Source: Pseudovirgaria hyperparasitica
Taxonomy: Eukaryota
Length of the DNA stretch: 54,926 bases
Assembly (NCBI GenBank): GCA_010093815.1
Contig: ML996592.1
Reading direction: 5' to 3' (one strand)
Below, piece by piece: positions 13,284 through 26,851 of the stretch (positions are counted from its first letter, which is position 1; each line of letters starts with the position of its first letter). The notes below the pieces were generated by a model, which was not told where the DNA came from, did no database searches, and saw nothing but the letters and a program-made list of their open reading frames with translations. The position numbers were made by a program, and so were the translations under genes.

Positions 13284-16200
13284 AGTTACTATAGATAATA
13301 AATATATTCTTTAAAGGTCTTAGAGAAAACTACTATATTATCTATATAGACTTTTATCTATAGAAACTCTTATAGAAGATTATTAAGTTTCTATTATATA
13401 TACTAGACGGAATTAATATAGTCTATAATAAGAACTTTTAGATATTCTTAACCCCTATAGATATTTACTATAAATTATTTATAATCTTCTTTTCTTACTA
13501 ACTATTAGTAAAATATACTTATAGCGTCTATTATTATAATATAGTAGTAATCTTAATAAGTCTAGAATATATTATCTATTCTTATTAATAGATAGAAATC
13601 CTTAATAGTAATGATATCAAGGTCTCTAATATTAATTACTATATATAGCTTCTATATTAGTCTATTTGATTTAGGGTTAAATACCTCTCTCTAGATAATA
13701 AAAACTAGAGAGCTAAATTATATAGACTTTTTACTATATTCTATTTTATTATTATTATAATGTCTATTAAAGGTTTTATTAATTACTTTATAGTTCTATA
13801 GACTAATATTATATACTCGAGTATATAACTTCTTAAGTTCTCTCTAGTTCTCTATAAGAATAAGCTTTACTTCCCTAGAGTTTATAATAGATTTTTTATC
13901 TTACTATAACTCTATAAATTCTTTAATAAGCTTCTTATATTTTATAGCTTTCTTATCTCTACTATAGAGTATTATTCTATTTAGAAGATAAGTCTTAAGC
14001 TTAGAATTAATATTTACGGCTTCTAAGGGAGGTAGAGTAGTAAGGTCTATATCTATATCTAAGATTTAGTAGTATTCTATAATATCTAGTTTATAGATTT
14101 TACTAAGTACTATATTTCTTAGAATTATAAGTATCTTATTTCTATTATTCTTAATTATAATTCCTCTACTACTAGAGTTAATTACTACTATATAAATTAT
14201 AACTTATCTTTTTCTAGTAGTAGAGAGATACTCTTTTATAGATTTAAAAAGTATATTATAATTATTTAGAAGGTTTCGTATATCTATAAGAACTATACCT
14301 CTTAAATTAGACTTAATAGATATAGAGTATTAAGCCCTTATAGTAATATTTAATTACCTTTTATATCTTAGATAGATACTTATAGAAGCTATAGTAATTT
14401 AACTATATAGAAATATAATTATATAGTTTTAAACTTTAATATCTATTTCTTCTAGACTAATAGTATTAATATCTATTAGTAGTTTTAGTACTAGGTTTTT
14501 AATAATATATACTTTATACTTAATAGTAACTATAATATTAGTTTCTTCTAAGGTAGTAGATACTATAAGGGTTATTTTAATAGACTTATTACTATTATAA
14601 ACCTTATTACTAATATCTATAACTATAGTTAGATATATAAGTTTTATAATATACCTTTTATAATCTAGTAGTACTATAGCTAACTAGTTTCTATTAATAA
14701 GACTTAGCTTTACTCTAGTATCTATAATAATTTATTTAGACTCTATAGTACTATTTAGTATTATATTTATTATAATATAGTTCTAATAATAAAAGTAATA
14801 GTCTTTAGTTTCTATCTACTTTATAGTACTTTTAATAACTTATAGTACTAGTAAAGATAGTAGAAACTTATCTACTATATATATATATAATTAACGGGTC
14901 TTTTTAGATACTTTTCTATAATATACTAATAAAGCTTATTATTAGAAGGAAACTTCTATCTATAGAGATAATAGTTTTTTACTACTATTCTTTTACTTCT
15001 CTAGGGTTTCTTAAGTAATAGTACTAGTAGAGTCTTAACTTCCTTAGTTCTTATAAAGAAAACTCCTACTAACTTTTCGTAAGGTTCTTTATCTAACTAG
15101 CTCTCTTTAGCTTACTCTTAAGTCTATCTACTCTAATAGTTATCTAGTAAGTCTTCTTTATTCTATAATTCTTCTTAATTAAGAAACTCTACTAGAACTA
15201 TATTATAATAGGTACGTTATAGCTTTATATAAGGTTATCTCTTAACTTATATAGAAGTTATTATAGTCTTTTTAAAGCTCTTTAGCTAATACTTACTATT
15301 TCCTTTATATAGATAACGGTCTCTTTCTTAATATTAGTTTTAACTATACTCTTTACTAGATCTTTACTTATTTATCTAAGAAGATATAACTTAGATTATT
15401 TTCTTACTTTCTTTTATTATCTAGTACTTATTAGAGCGGTTCTCTTATCTACTACTACTAGTATATTATATTCTATAGTTTCTATAAAAGTAGTTATTAT
15501 TTCTAACTTCTTTTTCTTTCTAAGGAAAGTAGTTTATCTAATACTAGTCTTATAATATTCTACTAGAAGGGAAGTTAAACTTACTCTACTTATAGAGTTC
15601 TTACTAGGTCTATAACTTCTATTTAAGCTATTTATAAAAGATATCTAGATCTATGTTTAATCTAGACTCCTCTATACTTACTCTAAATCTTAGATTAAGC
15701 TTATTCTAAGCTTAAGCTATTATAAGTACTTTAGACTTTAAATTTACTTCTTTATAAGCTCTAAGTATCTTTATAATATAGTTAGTAGTACTTTAGCCTC
15801 TATATAGATTCTCTAGACTATAAGTTAATTCTTAGAGTCTTTTTAGAGTAGTACTTAGAGATATAGAGAATCTCTTTTTAAGTTTCTCTATCTAGTACTT
15901 AAGTCTATCTCTACTAGTTAGACTTAACTTTATAATATTACTTAATTAGAAGCTATACTAGATTTATATAGTATCTCTTAGATACTTATAGAGATTATAA
16001 TAAATAATCTTTATAGAGTAAATATACTAATAATTTCTTATTATATTAATAAATGGCTAAATAGATCTATAATAGACTTTTCTATTCTTATTATAAATAT
16101 CTTCCGTTCTTAAGGAATCTATACTTAGATTAAAGAATCTAATATTCTCTATTCTAAACTTTATATCTCTAGAATTTATACTATTATTATTATTATAGTC

Positions 16201-16508
16201 TCTAGTTTCTATAGTTCTTTAGTAATAATATAGAGGTATATATAATCTATAATAGTAACTATAAGCTCTATTATTATCTCCCTATAGATTATTATCTAAG
16301 TCTTTACTTAGATTATTATTATTCCTTAAAACTCTTATTATAGACTAAGAGTATCTATAGAAGTTATTTCTAGATAGATAGTCTCTAGAATTTTCCTCTT
16401 TATTTCTTTTCTAAGGCCTTTCTTAAGAGAGCGTGACCCGGCTATTTCTATCTAGTTCTATTAGTAGATTTACCCTCTCTTAATTATTAAGTACTACTAA
16501 TACTAACA
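13284..16508 (-). mobile_element. Ty3/Gypsy relic 2 (gag, protease, RT), RIPed and truncated within RT
   Basis: De-RIPed minus-strand reading: gag-like IGFFDP...VYYR...CL.G.A..WY (~15950-16160); protease DTG..SLIDR.WL...V.GIG...NL..KLL.G.D (~14450-14730); RT PVFV.W, V.DIR.L, DA.S.FYQW, HRGQE, VY.DD.VVFSKTF.EH (~13300-13720); possible LTR start TGTTAG at 16508. Boundaries approximate. Confidence 0.75.
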
Positions 16509-18099
16509 TTATAATTTACGTAATTATTTCTATGCTTAGTATATTAGACTAGGCTTACTAAGCTATAATAGAAACTAGAATTAGAGTAGCTAGAATTAGA
16601 GACTTAAGACTTTAGAGTATTCTAACTTACTCTCTACTTCTCTTAGCTTCTTAGCTTAAGCTTTCTCTCTAGTAAGAATTCTCTAGTACTATAATTATCT
16701 TATAAGAATTAGAGATCTTAGATCTTATAGATTTATTATAAAACTCGAAGTCTTATAGTTTTATAGATCTTTTCTTTAATATAGTAGAAACTTTAATTAT
16801 TAATAGAGGGGATAAGAAAGGTAAGTTAACTTCTCTTAGCTATATAAAGTTTTAGAAGTTACTAAAATATTTAGATTAATAGAAATTTACTACTAGTCTT
16901 TTAATCTTTATAGCTTTAGTAGTAGCTAGATATATTCTATAATCTTTATTTATAAGATAGTTCTAGTTAGAAGAATATCTATCTTTCTAAGACTATTTAC
17001 CTCTAGACTATAAATAATTTTAATTTCTTAAGACTTCTAGGTATACGTAGATAATACCTTAAAGTAAGATAAGGGTATAGAGATTTCATTTATATAATAG
17101 ACTATCTTTAAAGTAATAAATAAGTTAATAAGCTATTTTAATAACTTACTCTAATAGCTTAGAAATTAGTTTCTTCTATAATACTAGTAAGGGAGCTAGT
17201 ATATCTTATATATTTCTAAGTATACTAAGAATTTTAGCTACGGGAGGCGCGGACATAAGCTTCTCTAGTATACTTAGATAATTAGAAATAGTTAGTAGAA
17301 ACCTACTCTAACCTAGAGTAGCTTATAGAAACTAGAGCTTTATATACTACTTATAGCGTCTAATTAGTACTAATCTATTTCTATAACGTAGGATTTAACT
17401 AGTTCTAAGTATAACTAGCTTTAATATAGTATCGCGTTCCTAGCTTTATAGAAACTAGTAAATTATAAGAAGTCTAAATCTTTAATATATAACTCGTTTA
17501 TAAATACTATTACTTATACTATATTTATATAATTCTCTAGAATAATTCTTACGGAATTTAGTATAGTAGGAATAAGATAAGGCTCTTAGTATAGATACTT
17601 ATTTCTATTTTTCTCTAGGAGTAAATCTTTATTTACTATTTCTATAGCTTCTTTCTTAGAACTTCTTTTATAATTTAATACTCTTATAAGTCTTAATAAT
17701 AGTAATAGTAACGAACGTTATCTAGTATCTCTATTCTTTTATCCTTACTAATTATCTTACTATATTTATAAACTTCTTTTACTAAATTTTATGAAAGTAT
17801 CTTTTATTTACTAAGTTAGAGTATTAATATCTTTTAATTTAGTTTTAGAGAACTAGTATATTAGAGCGTTAGTATCTTATATTTAACTAGTACTATCTTT
17901 CTTTCGAAAATAACTAGCTAGTAGTATACTTTTAGCTACTAAGATGTTAAGAATAGAGATATTATATCTTAGTTAAGTATTAGATTAGTTATTACTAGCT
18001 GCTTTATAGAATCTACGGCTATATATATAGAACCTTTAGTCTATGGTTCTTATTATTATCTATCTTCTTATTACTTTCTATAATAACTAAGGAGTTTAC

Positions 18100-20721
18100 T
18101 TTATTACTAATATTTATTATAAGTTTTTATATACTATTATACGTCTCTATATATCTCTATCTACTAATACTTATCTTTAATTCTTCTAAGGGTCCCTTTA
18201 CTATCTCTATAATCTATCTTATTATAAGTAGTAGTAATTATATATATTCTAGTATTTAGGTTCTTAACTATCTATATATATTAGTAATATCTATCTTCTC
18301 TCTACTAGAGTATCTAGTCTTATATAAGAAATTTAAGATAGTTAGTTATAAAGACCTTATATATATAATTAGTTAGGTTAGTTAGTCTCTTAAGTATAGT
18401 AAGATACTTTATAATTCTCTACTACTTATTACTATATTTATTAGTTAGAGATAACTTAATAGTAGTATAGTTAAGTACTTCTATTAAGTAATCTCTTCTA
18501 TAGATAGACTTAATTAATAATATTTCTAGTATATCTATATATAGAGCTATATCTATAAACTTATCTAGGTTAAAAGTAGAGATATCTAGTAGTTCTTCTC
18601 CCTTATATATTTAGAAGATACTATTAGTAACTATATTATTTTTACTAGATATATATCTAACTATAAAATTCTATAGTTAAATCTATATAAGCTATCTTAT
18701 AATAAGTACCTCTAGTAAGTTAGTTATAGTATAGTTAATTTAAGTAATAAGAGTATTTTTATCTATTACTATAATAAAGTATATACTATAGAGATATTAG
18801 TAGAACTTCTATAGTATATAGAGAAGGGCTTAGTATTCTAGCTTTATAGTATTATATTTTCTCTTAGCTTTTAACTATATTCTTCTATTATACTATAATA
18901 GTTAATATTTCTAGTTCTTATTCTTCTATATTAGCGTAGCTCCCTAGCTAATATTACTTAAGTCTATTACTAGAATAATATCTTCTATATCTATTCTATA
19001 CTATAGTATTATTAGTATTAGGGTAGTTATTAGAGCTTTCTTTAGCGTGTCTATTAAGGTCTATTTCTTAGATATCTATTATTATACTAACTTACTCTTT
19101 AATAGTATAAATAGTAGTAATACTATAACTATATATTCTAGAATCTATATATAGAAATAAATATATATACTAAGAAAGACTTATATATTTATTATATTTT
19201 TATATAGCTTCTATTCTCTAATAGTTATAATTTTCTTATTACTTAGCCGTCTCCCTTTAATATTATATATATATTCTATAATATTAGTAGCTTTAATATA
19301 TTATTAAGTCTTCTTACTACTTAGAGTATATCTAGTCTGCTTAATATCTATAAATTCTAGGTAGTATCTCTTTAGAGCTATACTTTATAGTAAGGCCTTT
19401 AATATCTAAGTTATCTAGAAATAGTAGAGCTCTCTCTAGAATATATTTCTATATAATAGTTAATATAATTCTAATAAACTAGGCTACTAAATTAGTAGCC
19501 CTCTAAGATAATATTATACTATATAATAACTCTAGAGATATTATAAAGTCTATAAGATCTTAATAATACTCTACTAGTAGAATCTAGTTATATTCTAAGA
19601 AGAAGTTAGTAAATATTAAGATAGCTATCTCTATAAAGTACTCTAAGAATTCTTTATATAATAGTAGTATAGCTATATCTTAAATTATAATATAATTAAT
19701 TTTAGTTACTAAGTTAATTAGTCTATAATCTTACTTCTTATTAGCTTTCTTCTTCTTCTCTATAAGAAAGTATATATTCTAATATAGACTACTATAGAGT
19801 TTAAGTCTTCTACTATTAAGATATTCTTTTAGAATTATAAGTACTTTTCTATAGAGAGCCCTTAGAATATTAAAGTTCTTAGTTTATTATACTTTATACT
19901 CTATTATTTAAATCTTCTATAGAGGTACTACTTTCTTATTAAACTTACTAAGATAGAAGAACTTCTATACTAGCGCCTTCTCTTAATATAGTAAGATTAT
20001 ATATAGAAGGTTAAGCTTTATAGAATATAATTCTATTTTAATCTTTAGCTAGCTTATATATAGAGGTATAAGATATATTTCTAGAGAGAGAGATATCTTT
20101 TAAGATTTAATTAGTCTTCTAAAGATATTAAGTTCTAAGTATATAGCTAGAAGAAGTATCTATTATATAATTATTTACTCTTACTAGTCTAGATACTCTA
20201 GTAGGTTTTAGGGAACCTTCTAATAGATCTTAGAGTTATTAATAGGGTATATTTTAGCTTACTTTCTTTTATATATAATAGCTATACTAAATATTTATAA
20301 TACCCCTAGCAGATATTATTATTAGAGACTAGTAGAGTCTACTATAAGCTACTCTATTATTATACTCTATTTATATATAAAGATAGTATATCTAGCTACT
20401 ATAACTAGAGTAGCTAAGTTATCTTTTCTTAATAACTAAATAATATTTCTAGACTAGATTTCTTTAGAAGGTATTCCTATATAACTTATCTCTATATCTA
20501 TATAAAAATATATCTTATTCCCTTTATTAGTAGACTTACTATCTCTTATTTAGTATAGATTATTAGTTAAGAATAGCTCTTAACTAATAATCTAACTTAA
20601 CTCTAGCTCTTAGAGATCTACTCTACTATATAGTTAGTCTCTAGCTATAGAATTAGTTTTCTTTTCTAAGACTAATATATATTTATCTAGGCTAGTTTTA
20701 AAGATTATATACTTTTATCTA
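18100..20721 (-). mobile_element. Ty3/Gypsy relic 1: pol (RT, RNase H, integrase HHCC), interrupted by LINE A4
   Basis: De-RIPed motifs: YKRK.AK..P; VAQF.R...PFLDD..KGP (~19410); RNase H IIL..DSS..GWGATL.Q, KLEC.ALL, FTVRH.PGK.N.VAD; integrase LHD..GH...KYWW..MY.DV..Y.KTC..CQ (~18110-18230). Left boundary approximate. Confidence 0.8.
20557..20593. repeat. Palindrome copy 6, inside Gypsy pol between protease and RT (arms extended to 37 bp)
   Basis: AGA-TTATTAGTTAAGAA-TAG-CTCTTAACTAATAA-TCT; lies outside the TSD-defined LINE A4. Confidence 0.9.
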
Positions 20722-20937
20722 AAAACGTCTCTTAAGACTATTTATATTATTCTATAGAGATATACATCTCAATCGATAGAGTACACCGAGTACACTAACT
20801 ACTACTATACGCACGTACGTGTAGCGTCGAAACCAAGACGTTATCGCCGTACAAAGATATATACATACCCTCTTAAAATCCTCACGGAGATAGAGGCACG
20901 GACTACGCTACTAGAACGCTAATATACCGACCCCCTT

Positions 20938-20968
20938 TTATTAGTTAAGGGCAGCCCTTAACTAATAA
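20938..20968. repeat. 31-bp palindrome copy 7 (LINE A4, upstream of ORF1); retains the un-RIPed CAG spacer
   Basis: TTATTAGTTAAGGG-CAG-CCCTTAACTAATAA. Confidence 0.95.
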
Positions 20969-23900
20969 ATATAGCGGCCTTAGGCACCGATATACCCCGG
21001 TATATACTGGATATACCCCTACCGGTACGATAGAAAAGGCCATATAGTAATATTACTAAGGGTAGCCATATACCTATCTAAAACGTAGAACATACCTAAA
21101 GGCGCACGCCGCTATAGATAGACGGAATAAAGGGGACCCCGAGAGGGGAAACCCTCCTAGATTATATTAACTACTAGGTAGCACGTGTAGAGAAGGAAGC
21201 CGGAGAGGGCTAGAAGACCCTTCTATATATATTCTAGAACCTTATCTAGAATCTAAAGGGAATTACGGAGAAGGAGAAGAAGATATAACTAGGAGGACCG
21301 GAGGGTAGGCTCGACTAAATAGAGGCTAGCCTACGTAGAATCTAGGAGGAACTTACTTAAGGTAAGCGCCCTAGTATATAGGTATAAATAGTAGTAATAC
21401 CGGAAGCTATACCACGGGCCCCCCGGACCGGTGACGCGGCGTATAGTATACGCGTTATAATCTAGGATAAGGACACCCTAGTATAGATCTAGCGAGCATC
21501 CCTAAAGGATATAGTAAGTAAGATTAATAAATAAAAGGGAATATAGTTAAATATTATCGCCGCTAAACTCACGCTAGAAGAAGTAGTACTTACTATAATA
21601 ACGAATATCGCGTAGTAGACTATCTCGCGCGATCCGAACGCGATTAGTAGTATCTTCCTAGGCGCCTCTATTAGGGCGGCTATATACCCGATATAGATAT
21701 ACTTAGTACCTATACGGGGATAGGCTATCGGAGCGGAGGATATTACGTGTATAGAATAATCTAACACGCGAAAATACCTAGAGATTAAGATCGTGAAAGC
21801 GTGGTAGAAGAACCTATAGACGATTAAGACGACGGCGAAAAAACACTCTACTATAATTATAGAGCTCCGAGACCCCGCCCTTATATAACGTATTATATAG
21901 GAGGGATTCCTAGTAGAAGGAGAGCTCCTTATAGCCGAGCCATAGAATAGGGCATAGATAATAATATAGTACTTTAACTATTAAGGGTATAGATATACTA
22001 TATAAAGGTGCTTATAGAAGACTAAGTGCGGATAGTACCGTAGAAACCACACTACCTAGAAGTGCCCTTATAAACCGTAAGGAGACGGACTAAGAAACAG
22101 GGATATAGTATAGTATTTAAACTATAACGGGAAACACCCGTTGTGGTCGTTAACATACATAAAACGCAAATAGATCATAGAATACATTCGTACGATAAAA
22201 GCGAGAGGCGCGAGATAGTTATAGAATATAACACCTACTACGGGCCCTTTCTTTATAATACCCCTAACCTCCCCTCCGGAAGGTAGTTAGGCGGGATAGT
22301 AGACTATTCTAAAGATAATAGGACGACTAAAAGGTATAGTTAAAGCCGCTACCGCGTAAGGATAGTCGCGCCTCTAAGGAATAAGTATATAGATATATAT
22401 ACTCCCTAGTACCTAATAAGGGACTAGAATATACTCTAAATTATATAGATAAATATATAATATAAAAGAGAGAACTAGGCGACGCTCCTCGAAGAGACCG
22501 GGGCTATAATACTCGCTATCTAGGAACCCTATAAACACTACTAGACGAGTAAACTAACCATATACCCTAGATACTATACTATACACCCTCTAGGACTAGA
22601 AAGACGAGTCCTCTTCCACATTTATAGGTTAATACTACTCTTATTATAGTCGTATACTAAGCGCGATAACCTTAGGATAATACTATACCTATAAATAGAT
22701 ATAGGCCCCCTATATATATATAACATATATAACTAATAACGTGTACTTACACTAGACGAGATACTCGAGAGTACTACGGAACTAGGGTAACATATCCTCC
22801 TAGAAGACTTTAATCTCTACTACTAATAGTAGGGAGGCCTAGCCGTGGTAAGGGAAGAACTTAGAGTAAGGGAACTACGTACCCGCTACCACGACTTCCT
22901 ATACCTACTTATACCTATAGAATAAGTTATATAGAAAAAATATAAATAGAATAAAGACGGGTCTATGCTTAACCTTACCTTCGCCACGGAGTATATTAGT
23001 TACTAGATCTAATACTACCGCCTAAGCTAGGTATAGACGGATTCCAACTATAAATACATAGAAACCGTAATAAATATATATACCCCGAATAAATAATAGG
23101 GATAATAGATATAGAAGGATACTAACTAGGAAAAGTACCTAAAGGACCTGGAATCGGCGATCCTAGATCCCTCTATAGTTAATATATCTAACGACCTAGC
23201 CATAGACTAGGCCGTATAGATACTCCTATAAATATACTAGAATGCGAGAAATAAACACGTACTATACTAAATATACTAGCCCCCGGAAGCAAAGGGGATT
23301 CCTTAAGTATAGGAAAGTAGATAAGACGCCTAAAGACTATACATACGCGTATACTATATAAGAACACCCGAGTCGTAGGAAGAATAGAAGAAAGTAATAT
23401 AATAACGCGATAAAGTCCTCTATAACGAAAGGCGTAAATAGTAGCGTATAATTACTAGTTAATAGATATAATACGTAATAGGGCTATGGCGTATAGCGAA
23501 ATGGGCTAAGGGCATAGATACTCCGACACCCCCGCTACTTATGCCTCCCCTAATATATTAGGGGAGAATATACTCTACGAGCCTTAAGAAAACTAAGGCC
23601 CTATAGAAGGCTATATTCCCTCTCCCGGAACTAGTAGACCTATTAGATATTCACGGTACCGAATATCTATATATAGTAGATATCCCCGAAGAAGTTACGG
23701 AGGAGGATATACTTAATATTATTAAGATACTTCTAAATAATAAAGTACCTAGACCAGATAGAATTCTAAATCGATGCCTAAAAAGTACTATAAAAGCGAC
23801 CCTACCGCTTATTACTTATATATTCTAAGTATACGTTATATAGGGGTACCACCCCTAGAGCTTCTAAGTTATCTATACTATTATACTCCCGAAACTAGAA

Positions 23901-25711
23901 AAGAGCTCTAACTCTCTAAAGGGATAGAGACTAATCGCCCTTCTCTTCTACCTAGGTAAGATACTAGAGGCTATAATAGCGAAGAAGATAAGTACCGCGG
24001 TATAGGAATATAATCTTCTCCCTCCGAACTAGAAGGCAAAGATAGATAGCTCCCTAATAATAGCTATCTAATATATTATTAAAGTCGTCTAGGCCGTATA
24101 GAAGTAGGGACGGGTAGTATCGCTCCTCTCCCTCGATATAGCCGGAGCGTTTAATAAGGTAAACTATATAAGACTTATTTATAACCTCCGGATAAGACGA
24201 ATACTAGAATAGATTATACGCTTTATATAGTTATTCCTTATAGGAAGAATAACTTAGATATATATCTCTAGATACTAGAGCGAATATAAAGAGACGGTAT
24301 ACGGCATCCTATAAGGGAGCACTATCTCTCCGATTCTATTCCTCTTCTTTACGGTAGACCTTCTTTAAGGAATAAAGTATATAGAGGTAGTCGGATACGC
24401 TAATAATATATACCTCCTAGCTATTAATAATAATACCAACCGAATATATAGAAGACTAGAATAGGACCACGAGAGGTGCCTCTAGTAGGTAAAACGCTAC
24501 GGAGCAAAGTTCGCCCCGGAGAAATACTAGCTTATATACTTTATTAATCGTTAAGGGAAATAGATAACTAGGGAAGGCGAATAACGCCCCCGAATCGACG
24601 TATTTAACGAACTCCTAGTATAAAGCATACGCGCGCTCGGAGTTATACTAGATAGCAAGCTTAAATGGGGACTATAAGTAGTATACGTCGTCTCTAGGGC
24701 CCTCTAGGTAGAAGCCGCCATACGACGGATTATAGCCTCTATATAGGGAACCGCCCGGGATAAGGCACGCTAGCTATATATATCTATAGTACGACCCGCC
24801 TTTACGTACGGACACGAGTACTAGTATACGGCCCTTATATAGACTAGGCGAATGAAGCTCGAATCCATATAGAACCGTATACTCCATCTTATATTAGGCG
24901 TATATAAAGCTACTAACACGGTGCTACTACGACGCGAGATAGACGTTATAAGTATATATAACTTCTACTAGATATAGAGGGTGGTATACTTTACTAAATA
25001 ATAAGTATAGGAACGTATAGGAAACGTAGAATACACTTTCGCCGCGCTATATACACGAATTAGTATATATTACCGCGTACTCCTATATATAGGCCGGAAT
25101 CGAATATAGTATAGGTGCTTAATAGAAGCCGACTCTAGCTAAGTAGTATAAGAAATCCGAGATAACCCGGACGCTCTCCTAGACCGGTAGAGCCTTTAAG
25201 AACTTATAAAAAATATACGGTTATGGACTTAAGATAAGTAGAAAGAGGCACTCCGTACCTACTAGACCTCCTAGTAGGATAGGTACCTAGAGTAGATTCG
25301 AGGGCCATAGAAGGAACCGAGTAAATAGATATATAAAGGGCTAATAAAAGCCTAAGTATCTATACTTATCTAAGCCCGAACGGGCGCTATAGGACTTCTA
25401 TACTACCTCTATAAGAGAGGCGTCCCTAACGTGTCTCTATAGTATAAGGCGTACGGCTAGAGAGGTATAATACGCCACTATCTAGCTACATACTCTAACC
25501 TCTATATATAACGGTAATAGCTTATCCACGTTATAAAGACTTTAGATATCGCATGATAGCTTAATAAGTACCCTAAGGACGTCTCCTAATGGATACTTAT
25601 ATATCTACTACTCCTCTAGTACTAGTAGACCTAGAAATATATACCGGAAGAGACCCGGTATACGCTAGTAGTAACCCGATATATACCGGAAGAACCCCGG
25701 GAGAACCCCGA

Positions 25712-25742
25712 TTATTAGTTAAGGGTAGCCCTTAACTAATAA
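25712..25742. repeat. 31-bp palindrome copy 8 (LINE A4 ORF2 end)
   Basis: TTATTAGTTAAGGG-TAG-CCCTTAACTAATAA. Confidence 0.95.
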
Positions 25743-26000
25743 CCTCTGTATCTATACGTGCTACCTAAGGGTAAAATAACGGTAATATAGGCTATAGGCT
25801 AATGGGCGTACTCTATAGCTATATACTTAAGACGAAATAGAGGTTTAACGAGATATAGTTATAGATATAAGGAAGTTTTTCCCTATGGGGTTTCTTCTTA
25901 TATAGTAGCTTAGACTAGAGGAGGCATAGGCCTATAGAGTACTACTCTACCTAGTTATATAATATTATTATTATTATTATTATTATTATACTTTTATCTA

Positions 26001-26575
26001 TAAATAGAATAAACTATTAATAATACTTATCTAGAAGCTAATCTTTATACTATAAAAGAGACTTATCTAATATATAGCTACCTAGAAATAAGATTATAAT
26101 TAAGTTTAGTATATATAAATATTAAAGTAGCTATAATAATCTATTTAATATAGATTAGATATTATTATACTATATCTATAAATAGTATACTATATTAAGT
26201 AGTACTAACTAGACTTAAGTCCTTTATATATAGTAGTATTAAAGATATAGAAAGTCTAAGATATATTATAGTATCTAGATAAATATTATTTACTTATATA
26301 CTACTATTAAGTAGTACTATACTTATTATTTACTAAGGGCTAACTTCTATAGAATACTATAGATACTTAGTTACTAGTCTTATAATTCTCTTCTTAAGCT
26401 AATTAATATCTTACTATATAATAGCTAATCTAGTAATATAAATTAGTACTAATATATTAAGTTTATTTATCTTAGAAGCTATAGTATAATTATTCTACCT
26501 CTTCTTCTTAGCCGTTTCTTCTTAAGTCTCTTAGACTTCTTAAGCTATAAAGTTAGAGACTTCTTTCTTAAATAC
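26001..26575 (-). mobile_element. Ty3/Gypsy relic 1, upstream part (aspartic protease)
   Basis: Continues across the A4 TSD; de-RIPed ALLD.G..VN.I (~26290-26320) and FV...LDHD.I.GQP (~26075-26120). Confidence 0.7.
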
Positions 26576-26819
26576 TATATAATAATAATAATATTATTAT
26601 ATAGCTATATAGAGTAGTTTACTCTATAGGTATATACTTTCTCTAGTCTAAGCTATTATATAAGAAGAAACCTTATATAGAAAAACTCCCTTCTCTCTAT
26701 AACTATATCTTATTAAGTCTTTATATCTTTCTAAGTATATAGCTATTAAATATACCTATAGACCTATAACCTATATTATTATTATTTTACCCTTAGATAG
26801 CACGTATAGAGTATAGAGA

Positions 26820-26851
26820 TTATTAGTTAAGGGTTACTCTTTAATTAATAG
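26820..26851. repeat. Palindrome copy 9 (LINE A5 ORF2 end; degenerate)
   Basis: TTATTAGTTAAGGG-TTA-CTCTTTAATTAATAG. Confidence 0.8.

Larger units (their letters stand above)
20722..25986 (+). mobile_element. LINE family A, copy A4, full length (~5.3 kb): ORF1 with three CCHC knuckles; ORF2 APE-RT-zinc knuckle; no RNase H seen; inactivated by RIP
   Basis: 14-bp TSD TATACTTTTATCTA at 20708-20721 and 25987-26000; ORF1 QCFNCQGYGH..RC (~21970); ORF2 AIQEP, HILLGDFNLHH..WG (~22790), KAPGPDGIPN, WRPIALL..LGKILE, LLSLD.AGAFDKV, GIPQGSTISPILF, GYADD (~24395), KFAPEKY; (TAT)n tail. Confidence 0.95.
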
